Shown one piece after another: positions 18,847 through 27,152 of a stretch of DNA of 64,000 nucleotides. Under the pieces are notes generated by a model, which made no database searches, was not told the origin of the DNA, and worked only from the letters and a program-made list of their open reading frames with translations. Source of the stretch: Akkermansia sp. (lineage in GTDB: Bacteria; Verrucomicrobiota; Verrucomicrobiia; Verrucomicrobiales; Akkermansiaceae); assembly GCA_045645565.1 (NCBI GenBank), contig JAZRJB010000045.1:11090-75089 (forward strand), in the 5' to 3' direction. The position numbers and the translations under genes are program-made. How positions within the stretch are numbered: position 1 is the stretch's first letter; each line of letters opens with the position of its first letter.

Positions 18847-19428
18847 ATGAAGATGAAATACCTGTTGCTTCTTGCCGCTTTGTCATTCACGTTTGCTGCC
18901 CCCATGGCGGAGGCTGCTCCCCGCAAGGGTAAGAAGGCCAAGACTCAGAAAAAGATAGTGAAAGCTGAAGACGAGGTCATGACTGCTGAGGAATACGAGG
19001 CAGAGCAGGCTCGCCTTGCTGAGGAGGCTGCAAATGCTCCTGATACCCGCTCCGGTGCTGAACGCCGTGAGGAAAACAAGATGCTGATGGAGGACACCAA
19101 GTTCTATATTTCCAATCAGAAGAAGACGCTTGCCATTCTCAAGAAGGTGCGCAATGAGAAGACGGCTGCCAAGGCTGTAAAGCCCCTTGAGAAGCTCTAT
19201 GGCGAGGTCATGGATGAAGATTTCGTTGCCGGTGCTGTTACCGCGCTTGGTACTGCCAAGATTATGGAAGAAGATGAGGAGAAATTACCCGTTCACCAGG
19301 CTTCCCGCGCTACGGCTGCTGCTCTGAACAAGGCTATCAACAAGGAAATCAATCGTATTGCTGAATTGAAAATTGAACATAAGAAGTTCAACGGCGCTAT
19401 GAAGAATATGATTGATAGCCAGCGCTAA
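18847..19428 (+). CDS. Secreted hypothetical helical protein
   Basis: Signal peptide (...PMAEA) and Lys/Glu-rich helical sequence. Confidence 0.75.
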   Translation: MKMKYLLLLAALSFTFAAPMAEAAPRKGKKAKTQKKIVKAEDEVMTAEEYEAEQARLAEEAANAPDTRSGAERREENKMLMEDTKFYISNQKKTLAILKKVRNEKTAAKAVKPLEKLYGEVMDEDFVAGAVTALGTAKIMEEDEEKLPVHQASRATAAALNKAINKEINRIAELKIEHKKFNGAMKNMIDSQR

Positions 19429-19451
19429 TCCTGTTCTTCTCCCTATTTCCT

Positions 19452-19496
19452 GACCCCTCCGCTGCATCTTTTTGGGCAGCGGAGGGGTCTTTTTTT
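19452..19496 (+). terminator. Rho-independent terminator
   Basis: GACCCCTCCGCTGC / GCAGCGGAGGGGTC 14-bp stem plus T7. Confidence 0.85.
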
Positions 19497-19590
19497 GAAA
19501 AGATATTGAAAACTTCAAATAAAAGATGGTTTCAGCCGCGCTATTCTAATGTAAGCCACATGAAGTGGCAGACAAAACAGAAACAAGATT

Positions 19591-19848
19591 ATGAAAAAGA
19601 AGATAGCACAATTAGCCGTAGTCGCCTGCGCAGGCTTTGCCGTGATGAATAACCAGTCTGAAGCCGCCAGTCTGCAAATCAGCATTGGTTCAGATAAACA
19701 CAACGTCAGCAGCGTCATCTCCCTGCATCTGCCGGAAAAGCATGTAGTCAGACACCACGCCCACCACCACCACAAATTCCACCCGGCGAAACCTGAGCCC
19801 CGTCATCTCAAACGCCACAGAAAGGAGCACCGCCCCCATGGACGCTGA
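19591..19848 (+). CDS. Small secreted His-rich protein
   Basis: Signal-peptide-like N-terminus; HVVRHHAHHHHKFH...HLKRHRKEHRPH. Confidence 0.6.
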   Translation: MKKKIAQLAVVACAGFAVMNNQSEAASLQISIGSDKHNVSSVISLHLPEKHVVRHHAHHHHKFHPAKPEPRHLKRHRKEHRPHGR

Positions 19849-19872
19849 TACTGAAACAAGTACATATATAAC

Positions 19873-19916
19873 ATAAACCAACCGCAAGCAGATTCCTGTC
19901 TTGCGGTTGGTTTTAT
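19873..19916. terminator. Bidirectional terminator
   Basis: AAACCAACCGCAAG / CTTGCGGTTGGTTT between convergent genes. Confidence 0.8.
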
Positions 19917-19930
19917 CTGGCCTCGGGATA

Positions 19931-20491
19931 TTACGAATCCTCGTTGCCGATAGTGTGGGACTCCCAGTTGGGAATCACGTTTGCAGGGTGACCGGAAGTA
20001 ATCTTGCGGCCGCTGCGGTCAACGATGTTGCAGTGAGGAATGCCGCCAGCCGGTGCATGACCGGGAACCTGGGCGCATTTTTCATCATTGCCCATGACGG
20101 TAAGGAACTTGATGCCGAACTGCTTGACGAAATTCTTGGCGTCGGCCGTGGTCTTGTCCTGGCAGAAGAGAATAATATCAACCTTGCCGCTCTTCTTGAT
20201 GGCTTTGTAAGTATCAACAATTTCAGGCATCTCCTTGCAGCAGGGGCCACACCAGCTGGCAGAATACAGGAAAATGTAATAATCAGCTTTTTCGTTCAGG
20301 CGACCCTTGATTTTTTTTACCTTCTTAATAGCTTTGGCAATAGGGTTATCTGCTTTTTTCTGCTTTGCTTTTTTTGCTTGCTTCTGGGGTGTCTCTGCCG
20401 CAGCATCCCCGGACTCCTGCGCCAGGGCTGCAGGGGTGGTGAAGGCAAGTGCCATGCACAGCATGGTAGCATATAATAGAGGCTTTCTCAT
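19931..20491 (-). CDS. Exported thioredoxin/TlpA-like oxidoreductase
   Basis: Signal peptide, SASWCGPCCKEMP active site, GIP cis-Pro loop. Confidence 0.85.
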   Translation of the reverse strand: MRKPLLYATMLCMALAFTTPAALAQESGDAAAETPQKQAKKAKQKKADNPIAKAIKKVKKIKGRLNEKADYYIFLYSASWCGPCCKEMPEIVDTYKAIKKSGKVDIILFCQDKTTADAKNFVKQFGIKFLTVMGNDEKCAQVPGHAPAGGIPHCNIVDRSGRKITSGHPANVIPNWESHTIGNEDS

Positions 20492-20500
20492 AGTGCATTC

Positions 20501-20529
20501 ATGCTATGACTCAAAGACTGATTTGTCAA
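20501..20529 (-). promoter_or_regulatory. Sigma70-type promoter of the thioredoxin gene
   Basis: TTGACA-17nt-TAGCAT, 9 nt before the ATG. Confidence 0.7.
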
Positions 20530-20633
20530 GCATAATGCGCTGCTCTGCGCTGATAAATCAAACCTTGCTGATGAATTGGTTCCGCTGATTCCGGGTAGAT
20601 ATGGGGTGAAATGGCAGATATTGCGGATTAAAC

Positions 20634-20662
20634 TTGACTTGCCGGGGGATTTGGAGTAGGCT
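20634..20662 (+). promoter_or_regulatory. Sigma70-type promoter of tpiA
   Basis: TTGACT-17nt-TAGGCT. Confidence 0.55.
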
Positions 20663-20694
20663 GTGTCCCGTCAAAACAAGACATCTATACTATT

Positions 20695-21459
20695 ATGTCC
20701 CGTACCCCCATCATTGCCGCTAACTGGAAGATGAACAAGGGCCCGAAGGAAGCTAAGGAATTCCTTGCCGCCCTTAAGGATGAACTTACTTGCGAGTGCA
20801 AGGCTGTCGATAAGGTAATCGTTCCCCCGTTTGTGACGATTCCTGCCGTTATGGAGACTCTGAACGGCTGCACCTGCCTGGGTGTTGGCGCTCAGGACGT
20901 GAGCGATCGCGATAACGGCGCATTTACTGGTGAGATTTCCACCGCCATGCTCAATGAGCTGGGTTGCAAGTACGTGGTGCTTGGTCACAGCGAGCGCCGC
21001 CAGTACCATGGCGAGACGAACGCTTACATCAACAAGAAGATTAAGAAGGCTCTGGCCGCTGGCATCTGCCCGATTTACTGCATCGGTGAGACTCTGGAGC
21101 AGCGCCAGGGTGGTGAGCTGGAGACCGTGCTGAAGAGCCAGGTCGTTGAAGGTCTTGAAGGTCTGACTCCTGCTGAGGTTGCCGGCCTTGTTATCGCATA
21201 CGAGCCCGTGTGGGCCATCGGCACTGGCGTGACCGCTTCTTCCGCTGATGCTCAGGCTGCTCACGCCTTCATCCGTGGTGTTGTGGCTGAGGCTTTCGGT
21301 GCTGAGGCTGCTGAGGCTGTGCGCCTGCAGTACGGTGGTTCCGTGAAGCCCGACAACGCTGCTGAACTCATGAGCCAGCCCGATATTGACGGCGCTCTCG
21401 TGGGTGGTGCTGCTCTGAAGGCTGATTCCTTCGCCGCCATCATCAAGGCTGCTCTGTAA
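20695..21459 (+). CDS. tpiA: Triosephosphate isomerase
   Basis: IAANWKMN, GHSERR, AYEPVWAIGTG, YGGSVKPDN. Confidence 0.98.
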   Translation: MSRTPIIAANWKMNKGPKEAKEFLAALKDELTCECKAVDKVIVPPFVTIPAVMETLNGCTCLGVGAQDVSDRDNGAFTGEISTAMLNELGCKYVVLGHSERRQYHGETNAYINKKIKKALAAGICPIYCIGETLEQRQGGELETVLKSQVVEGLEGLTPAEVAGLVIAYEPVWAIGTGVTASSADAQAAHAFIRGVVAEAFGAEAAEAVRLQYGGSVKPDNAAELMSQPDIDGALVGGAALKADSFAAIIKAAL

Positions 21460-21480
21460 AGCATTTTTATTACAGTTGAT

Positions 21481-21514
21481 AAAACAGCCCGCAGAACATT
21501 CTGCGGGCTGTTTT
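21481..21514 (+). terminator. Terminator after tpiA
   Basis: AAAACAGCCCGCAGAA / TTCTGCGGGCTGTTTT inverted repeat. Confidence 0.85.
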
Positions 21515-21537
21515 GTATCTCGGGTGGGGCTGTGAAT

Positions 21538-21568
21538 TGTGAATAACTTGTGAATAAATTGTGAATAA
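21538..21568 (-). repeat. Three tandem TGTGAATAA (= TTATTCACA, DnaA-box consensus) with 11-bp period
   Basis: Exact copies at 21538-21546, 21549-21557 and 21560-21568, plus a partial copy at 21531. Confidence 0.8.
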
Positions 21569-21618
21569 CTTTTGCTTGCTATTGCAGGCAAAGGGTGTAG
21601 AATAGGCTTATACTTACT

Positions 21619-22020
21619 ATGCGTACTCTCATCAACAAGTTGTTAATGGCTGGGGCAGCCTGTCTGCTGGCAGCGTGTTCTGATTCTGCGGAAGGTGTGT
21701 GGTTGGGTGAGTGTCAGAATGATACAGTGGGCAGCAAATCCGGTATGCAGATGACAATCAAGCAGGAAGGAGACCAGCTCAAGGGGATTCTGATGCTGAA
21801 GGATGAACTGTACGGCAGTGGGCACCTCACGGGATATGTGATGGGGAAGGATGTGACCATCCGTTCCGAAGGGGATACCCAGACCTTTGTGAACATCATC
21901 TGGAGTGGGCGTATCAAAGGGGATACAATCAAGGGAACTTACCGGGTGGAGCCTACGCCATCTGCTGCGCTCCTTGGGCGTGAAGTGCAGAAGGGTACCT
22001 TTATCCTGAACCGTAAGTAA
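21619..22020 (+). CDS. Hypothetical lipoprotein (small beta-rich)
   Basis: Lipobox LLAAC; upstream promoter TTGCTA-16nt-TAGAAT at 21576-21603. Confidence 0.75.
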   Translation: MRTLINKLLMAGAACLLAACSDSAEGVWLGECQNDTVGSKSGMQMTIKQEGDQLKGILMLKDELYGSGHLTGYVMGKDVTIRSEGDTQTFVNIIWSGRIKGDTIKGTYRVEPTPSAALLGREVQKGTFILNRK

Positions 22021-22098
22021 ATAGAAAGGCTGGTGCGCCAGGCGTGGCGCGGCGAATGTGGCCCGGCGGTGATGAGTGAGCGGATAGATAGGCGGGGA

Positions 22099-23001
22099 AT
22101 GAAATCTCAGATGAGAGCGCATCTCATCACGCTGTGCGCGTTTATCTGCTTCGGCCTCATGAGCCCGTTGTGCAAATGGGCAATGGAGAGCGGGCTGGTC
22201 ACGGGCGTGAGCATGGCGGGTTTCCGCTTGTGTGGCGCAGCGTTGTTATTCTGGCTGATTTCACCGCTGGTACCACGCCAGAAAATAGAGCCCGCCGACT
22301 GGAAGTTTCTGGTCATCATGTCCCTGTGCGGAATGGGAATAAACCAGTTCTGCTATGTGCTGGGCGTGCAGTACACAGCGCCAACCAATGCTTGTGTGAT
22401 TACAACCAGCACGCCCGTGTTCACCTTCGTCATGTCGGCCCTGTTTCTGCATGCTGCCGTGACAGGGCGTAAAGTGCTGGGTCTGCTGCTGGCTGCCACG
22501 GGCGCATTGATTCTGATACTGGGGTCACAGATGCAAGGAGGCAGGAGCGGAAGCCCGGTAGGTGATGCCATTTGCCTGTTTTCTCAGTTTTCGGCATCGT
22601 GCTATTTTGTGTTTTTTGGCGGCATTATCAGGAAATACCACCCCGTGGTGCTGATGCGCTGGCTGTTTCTGATTTCAGCAGTCATAACAGCGCCCCTCTG
22701 GGGGCATGAGATTGGAACCATGCCCTGGATGCAGTTGGGAAAGGCGGAAGTACTGGGTACTTTGTATGTGGTGTTGTTCGGCTCCTTTGTCAGTTACCTG
22801 CTCATGATAGTAGGGCAGAGAAGCCTGGAACCTGCCACCGTGGCGGCATACAACTACGTGCAGCCCATCATTGCAGCAACGGTGGGTGTGTTGCTTGGGG
22901 TGGATACCATTACCTGGCAGAAAATAGCCGCCGTGTTGTTTATTGCCGCCGGTGTGTGGGCAATCTCAGCGGCCCGACGTGCAGGGGTTAATCGGGAATG
23001 A
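22099..23001 (+). CDS. DMT/EamA family transporter
   Basis: About 10 TM segments in two EamA-like halves (GVQYTAPTNA, YNYVQPIIA). Start codon uncertain. Confidence 0.88.
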   Translation: MKSQMRAHLITLCAFICFGLMSPLCKWAMESGLVTGVSMAGFRLCGAALLFWLISPLVPRQKIEPADWKFLVIMSLCGMGINQFCYVLGVQYTAPTNACVITTSTPVFTFVMSALFLHAAVTGRKVLGLLLAATGALILILGSQMQGGRSGSPVGDAICLFSQFSASCYFVFFGGIIRKYHPVVLMRWLFLISAVITAPLWGHEIGTMPWMQLGKAEVLGTLYVVLFGSFVSYLLMIVGQRSLEPATVAAYNYVQPIIAATVGVLLGVDTITWQKIAAVLFIAAGVWAISAARRAGVNRE

Positions 23002-23428
23002 AGCTGATGGCGTAGCAGGTGCCCCAGGCAAAGACACCGCTGAGCAGCAGGAAGACCATCGGGCGCAGAAAGAGAAACAGAGGTCCCCGGCTTACGGCTG
23101 CGTCCGGGCGTTCCTGCGTGTAAACCAGCGGGCGGCGGGCCTGGAGTGCTTCTTCCTCAGAACTGAAAGGCGTTTCTTCCATGATGTCAAAAAGCTCACC
23201 GTTTTCCCCGGTATAGCTATATACCGGGAGGTAGCATGCCTCGCCATTGGGAAGGTGGCGGCATACCGCGCTGCTGGCGTGCAGCCCGTCCTTCAGCATG
23301 CGTGCGCGGACAATCAGCATGATGATGCCCCGGCCCATGCTTGCAATCATGAGCCCGAAGCAAACGAAGGTGCAGACCAGGGGAAGCAGGTCGAGGATTT
23401 TGCTCTGAATTGTTGCAGCCAGAAACAT
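22988..23428 (-). CDS. Small membrane protein (DUF3592-like topology)
   Basis: TM-loop(YLPVYSYT)-TM arrangement; in line with the gmk operon. Confidence 0.6.
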   Translation of the reverse strand: MFLAATIQSKILDLLPLVCTFVCFGLMIASMGRGIIMLIVRARMLKDGLHASSAVCRHLPNGEACYLPVYSYTGENGELFDIMEETPFSSEEEALQARRPLVYTQERPDAAVSRGPLFLFLRPMVFLLLSGVFAWGTCYAISFIPD

Positions 23429-23452
23429 GTTGCTGGTGGGTGTTGCCAGGAA

Positions 23453-24034
23453 TCAGGCTAAGATAGTGCGCATGCCAAGGGCGCAGAGAAGCGCAGAGAA
23501 TCTGGAATAATCGCTTTCCCGGTCGGCAGAAACGAGAGCAAATTGGTATTCACCCTGGCGGGCATCTTCCTCTGCGGCATTGCGGAGCCTCAGCTGAATC
23601 ACTTCCTCGGCATCAGTCTGTCTTCCGCGAAGTCTGGCTTCCAGCTCTGCCGGCGGAACATGGATGAAGACATCAGCGTAGGCTCGGCGGATGATGGAAT
23701 CCTCACAGTTGCGAATGCTGGCTGCGCCTTGAACATCAATGTCCATGACCACATTTTTACCGGCGAGCAGCAAATCGATGATGTCGCTCTTCAGCGTGCC
23801 GTAACTGTTGCCATGCACGGTTGCGTATTCCAGAAATTCACCAGCTGCCACTTTTGCTGCGAAATCCTCCTGAGTCAGGAAATGGTAATCAACTCCATCT
23901 TGTTCACCAGGACGCGGCTGGCGCGTGGTACAGGAAATGGAGTAACTTGTGAGATTATCTTTTTCAGCGCGGCGGCAAAGGGTTGTTTTACCGCTGCCGG
24001 AGGGGCCGGATACGATGAGAAGGGTGCCAATCAT
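23453..24034 (-). CDS. gmk: Guanylate kinase
   Basis: SGPSGSGKTT, SCTTRQPRPGEQDGVDYHF, DIDVQGA. Confidence 0.96.
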   Translation of the reverse strand: MIGTLLIVSGPSGSGKTTLCRRAEKDNLTSYSISCTTRQPRPGEQDGVDYHFLTQEDFAAKVAAGEFLEYATVHGNSYGTLKSDIIDLLLAGKNVVMDIDVQGAASIRNCEDSIIRRAYADVFIHVPPAELEARLRGRQTDAEEVIQLRLRNAAEEDARQGEYQFALVSADRESDYSRFSALLCALGMRTILA

Positions 24035-24075
24035 GGACGTATGCGTGGGGATGGAATGTTTGAGTTGAAAGATGA

Positions 24076-24951
24076 TTATTCGATGTTCTGAACCTGTTCG
24101 CGGATTTTTTCAAGTTCTGTTTTGGCGTTGACCACCAGCTGGGCGAGTTCGGCATCATTCGCTTTTGAGCCGGTCGTATTTAATTCGCGGAAAATTTCCT
24201 GGCAGAGGAAATCGAGCGTGCGGCCAATGGGTTCCGCTTTTTCACAGATTTTTTCAAACTGCGTCAGGTGGGATTCGAGACGCGTCATTTCTTCTGAGAC
24301 ATCGCAGCGGTCGGCAAACAGAGCTATTTCCTTGATAATGCGTTCATCATCCATGGGAAGGGGCAGACCGGCTTCTGCCAGACGCTTCAGAAGAACCTCC
24401 TTATGCCGCGCTGCAACACCGGAGGCTCGCGCCATGAGCTGCGTGCGGAAGTTTCTCAGCACGGCAATGCGGGAAAGCAAATCTTGTTTTATGTTGGCAC
24501 CCTCCTGTTCGCGCAGGGTGATGAATGCCTGCAGGGCGTCGCTCACAGCGGGGGTAACGGCTGCTTCCACGGTTTCCATAGAGAAATCCGTTTCCGTTTC
24601 TTCAGAAATGATACCGAGGCGGAGCAGGGAATCCAGTGTCGTGCTGACGGGGTGCCCCAGTGCTGATTCTGTTTCTGCGAGAGTAGCGGTCAGGGCCGCG
24701 AGTTTATCGCGGTTCAGGGATAAGGCGCCAGCCGTTCCGGGAACCTGTTGCAGGGCGATGCTCACATTGACTCTGCCGCGGGATACAGCTGCGGCTACAG
24801 TGTCGCGGACTGCGGTTTCCAAGGCAGCCCAGGCGCGGGGAAGGGCAACCGCAATTTCTGCCTGCTTGCGGTTTACACCGCTGATTTCAACCCGTATGGA
24901 AGAACCACCCAGAGGAGCAGTAGCTGCTCCGAATCCAGTCATGCTGTTCAT
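24076..24951 (-). CDS. yicC: YicC/YloC family endoribonuclease
   Basis: SMTGFG N-terminus, GRTLDFLCQEIFRELNTTGSK, EKIREQVQNIE; adjacent to gmk. Confidence 0.93.
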   Translation of the reverse strand: MNSMTGFGAATAPLGGSSIRVEISGVNRKQAEIAVALPRAWAALETAVRDTVAAAVSRGRVNVSIALQQVPGTAGALSLNRDKLAALTATLAETESALGHPVSTTLDSLLRLGIISEETETDFSMETVEAAVTPAVSDALQAFITLREQEGANIKQDLLSRIAVLRNFRTQLMARASGVAARHKEVLLKRLAEAGLPLPMDDERIIKEIALFADRCDVSEEMTRLESHLTQFEKICEKAEPIGRTLDFLCQEIFRELNTTGSKANDAELAQLVVNAKTELEKIREQVQNIE

Positions 24952-25925
24952 AATGAGATATTGCCGATGATATTAAGAAGGTGTGAATCGAGGGTGAGGG
25001 CTTCGTTCACGTTGAAATTGAGATCAGTGCGGAGCGCTTCCAGGGCCCTCATGCGCCGGAGTAGTTCTGCCACTGGGCGTGCTGCGGCGAGTTGCGTTAT
25101 TTCCGGCATCAACGGAGTTACATCCGGCGCATGCGAGGCCAGCAGAACAGCCTGCCCGAGACACAGGGAAAGTAATTCGAGCATTTGCTCGCGTTCTGCG
25201 AGGTATTCCGTTTCAATCAGCGCAGCGGTAGCATCTTTCTGGCGTGCTTCCCAGTCCCGGATATCGGTTCCTTCAGCAATTGCTTTGGCTTCTGCCTTGA
25301 TGGCTGCAGTGAGTCGTTTGGAAATCTGTTCCTTACGGTCGGCCAGCAGGGCCTGGAAATCAGCACGCAGTGCAAGTGCAGCAACATCCGAACCGATGAG
25401 CGGCAGGGCTGCGGCAACAGCCGGAAGGAAAGTTTGCTGCGCTTCTGTGAGGTGAAGCTTGTTGCTGGTTTCCCGCAGAGGAACACGCACGCAGCGGGAT
25501 AAAATGGTGGTAAGCAGGCGGCTGGGCTGCTCGGTAATCAGGATGATGACCGTCTGAGGCGGGGGCTCCTCCAGCGTTTTCAGGAAAGCATTGGCTGCTT
25601 CTTCCATCATGCGGTCCGCCTCAAGAATGATTACAAGCTTGGTTTCACCTTCATCTGCACGCAGAGCAAGAAACGGTTCCACATTGCGGATGTCTTCAAT
25701 GAGGATTTTGCGGCTTTTGGAACCCGGACGGATGACGCGGCACATGGGATGCCGGAGGTTTTCCAGCGCGGAAGCACGGGCGCCGTTGAGTTCTTCTGCA
25801 AGTGCAAGCGCGAGTGCATGCGTGCCTGCGGATTGTGTGCCTGTGAGCAGAAGGGCATGCGGCAGCCTGCCGCTGCGGCGGGCATGCATGAGAAGCTGCT
25901 GGGCCTGAATTTGCGTAAATGACAT
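24948..25925 (-). CDS. holB: DNA polymerase III delta' subunit
   Basis: LPHALLLTG, AANAFLKTLEEPP, LLTTILSRC. Confidence 0.9.
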   Translation of the reverse strand: MSFTQIQAQQLLMHARRSGRLPHALLLTGTQSAGTHALALALAEELNGARASALENLRHPMCRVIRPGSKSRKILIEDIRNVEPFLALRADEGETKLVIILEADRMMEEAANAFLKTLEEPPPQTVIILITEQPSRLLTTILSRCVRVPLRETSNKLHLTEAQQTFLPAVAAALPLIGSDVAALALRADFQALLADRKEQISKRLTAAIKAEAKAIAEGTDIRDWEARQKDATAALIETEYLAEREQMLELLSLCLGQAVLLASHAPDVTPLMPEITQLAAARPVAELLRRMRALEALRTDLNFNVNEALTLDSHLLNIIGNISL

Positions 25926-25934
25926 GGGGGCGAT

Positions 25935-26999
25935 TTAGTTTTCCGGGTACGAACCCAGCACCTTGAACACCGGGCATTCTGCTTTCAGTTCTGCCAGGCA
26001 GCTGCTCAGGGGCTCCTGGTCTTCATGCCCGTCAACATCAAGGTAGAAAAGGTACTCCCATGCGCGGTCGCGGGTGGGCCTGGAATCCAGGCTGAAGATG
26101 TTGATGCCATGGGCGCGGAAATGTTCCAGAACATCGACCAGACCACCGGCCTTGTGGGGCACGGTAAAGCAGATGGTGGTGCGGTCCTGACCGCTGGGGC
26201 GGGTGTTCTGCGTGCCGATGACGACAAAACGCGTGGTATTTGTCGCAATATCCTGCACTTGTTCGGCGAGAATGTTCAGCCCATGCAGTCTGGCCGCCAA
26301 CGGGCTGCCGAGCGCAGCGGCTCCTTCATTTGCCTTTTCGACAGCCATGCGGGCAGCTGCTGTGCTGCTGGCTGTTGGAATCTGGTCGGCGTTCGGGTAA
26401 TTGTGCTGCAGCCAGATACCGCATTGACCCAGCACCTGGGGGTGGGAGTAGATGGTGCGAATCTCATTTGCCGGGATATTGGCCATGATGCAATTCTGCA
26501 CACTCTGGTGAATCTGGGCGCAGATGCGCAGGTGTGTGTGTGCAAAGAAATCCATGGCTTGAACCACGTTGCCATGAGTGCTGTTCTCCAGGGGAATGAC
26601 TCCGTAATCGACCTCGTTGCGCTCTACTGCGGCAAAAATGTGGGCGAATGAGGAGTAGGGAACCAGCTCTACGCTTTCACCAAAGCGGCTCAGAGCAGCC
26701 TGGTGGCTCCATGTGCCTTCCGGTCCCAGGTAGGCAACGCGCATGTTTCCCTCCAGCAGGAATGAGCAGCTGACAATCTGGCGCCAGATGCTCAACAGGC
26801 TTTTTTCCGGCAGAACACCATCGTTTAGTTTGAGAAGTTTGGATATAAGGGCGCTTTCCCGTTCCGGTACAAAAATCGGGCTGTTACTGGCTCGTTTGGT
26901 TTCGCCGACCTCGTGTACGCAGGCGGCACGCTGTTTGAGCAGCTCCACCAGCTGCGCATCAATGCGGTCAATCTCCTGTCTCAGCTCGTCTAGTGTCAT
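25935..26999 (-). CDS. pheA: Chorismate mutase/prephenate dehydratase
   Basis: LDELRQEIDRID, YLGPEGTWS, PLENS, NTTRF, ACT domain (DSRP). Confidence 0.95.
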   Translation of the reverse strand: MTLDELRQEIDRIDAQLVELLKQRAACVHEVGETKRASNSPIFVPERESALISKLLKLNDGVLPEKSLLSIWRQIVSCSFLLEGNMRVAYLGPEGTWSHQAALSRFGESVELVPYSSFAHIFAAVERNEVDYGVIPLENSTHGNVVQAMDFFAHTHLRICAQIHQSVQNCIMANIPANEIRTIYSHPQVLGQCGIWLQHNYPNADQIPTASSTAAARMAVEKANEGAAALGSPLAARLHGLNILAEQVQDIATNTTRFVVIGTQNTRPSGQDRTTICFTVPHKAGGLVDVLEHFRAHGINIFSLDSRPTRDRAWEYLFYLDVDGHEDQEPLSSCLAELKAECPVFKVLGSYPEN

Positions 27000-27011
27000 A
27001 CGCGTGCGGCT

Positions 27012-27040
27012 ATTCTACCACACAGCATCCGGGCTTTCAA
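27012..27040 (-). promoter_or_regulatory. Sigma70-type promoter of the pheA-holB-yicC-gmk operon
   Basis: TTGAAA-17nt-TAGAAT, 12 nt before the ATG. Confidence 0.6.
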
Positions 27041-27101
27041 TCCTGTTTTTGGGCATGCGTTGTCAAAGCCGGTTTTGACTATGCATTTCATCCGTTTTTG
27101 C

Positions 27102-27129
27102 TTGACGCGCGGCGCTTGTCGTGTATAGT
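27102..27129 (+). promoter_or_regulatory. Sigma70-type promoter
   Basis: TTGACG-16nt-TATAGT. Confidence 0.6.
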
Positions 27130-27152
27130 AACAGAGTACTCGCATTCGTGTT

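Noticed and set aside
21460-21618. Possible replication origin at the DnaA-box-like cluster
   Set aside because: Short spacer, no clear DUE, no dnaA/dnaN nearby, and no visible strand-composition switch. Kept only as a binding-site cluster.
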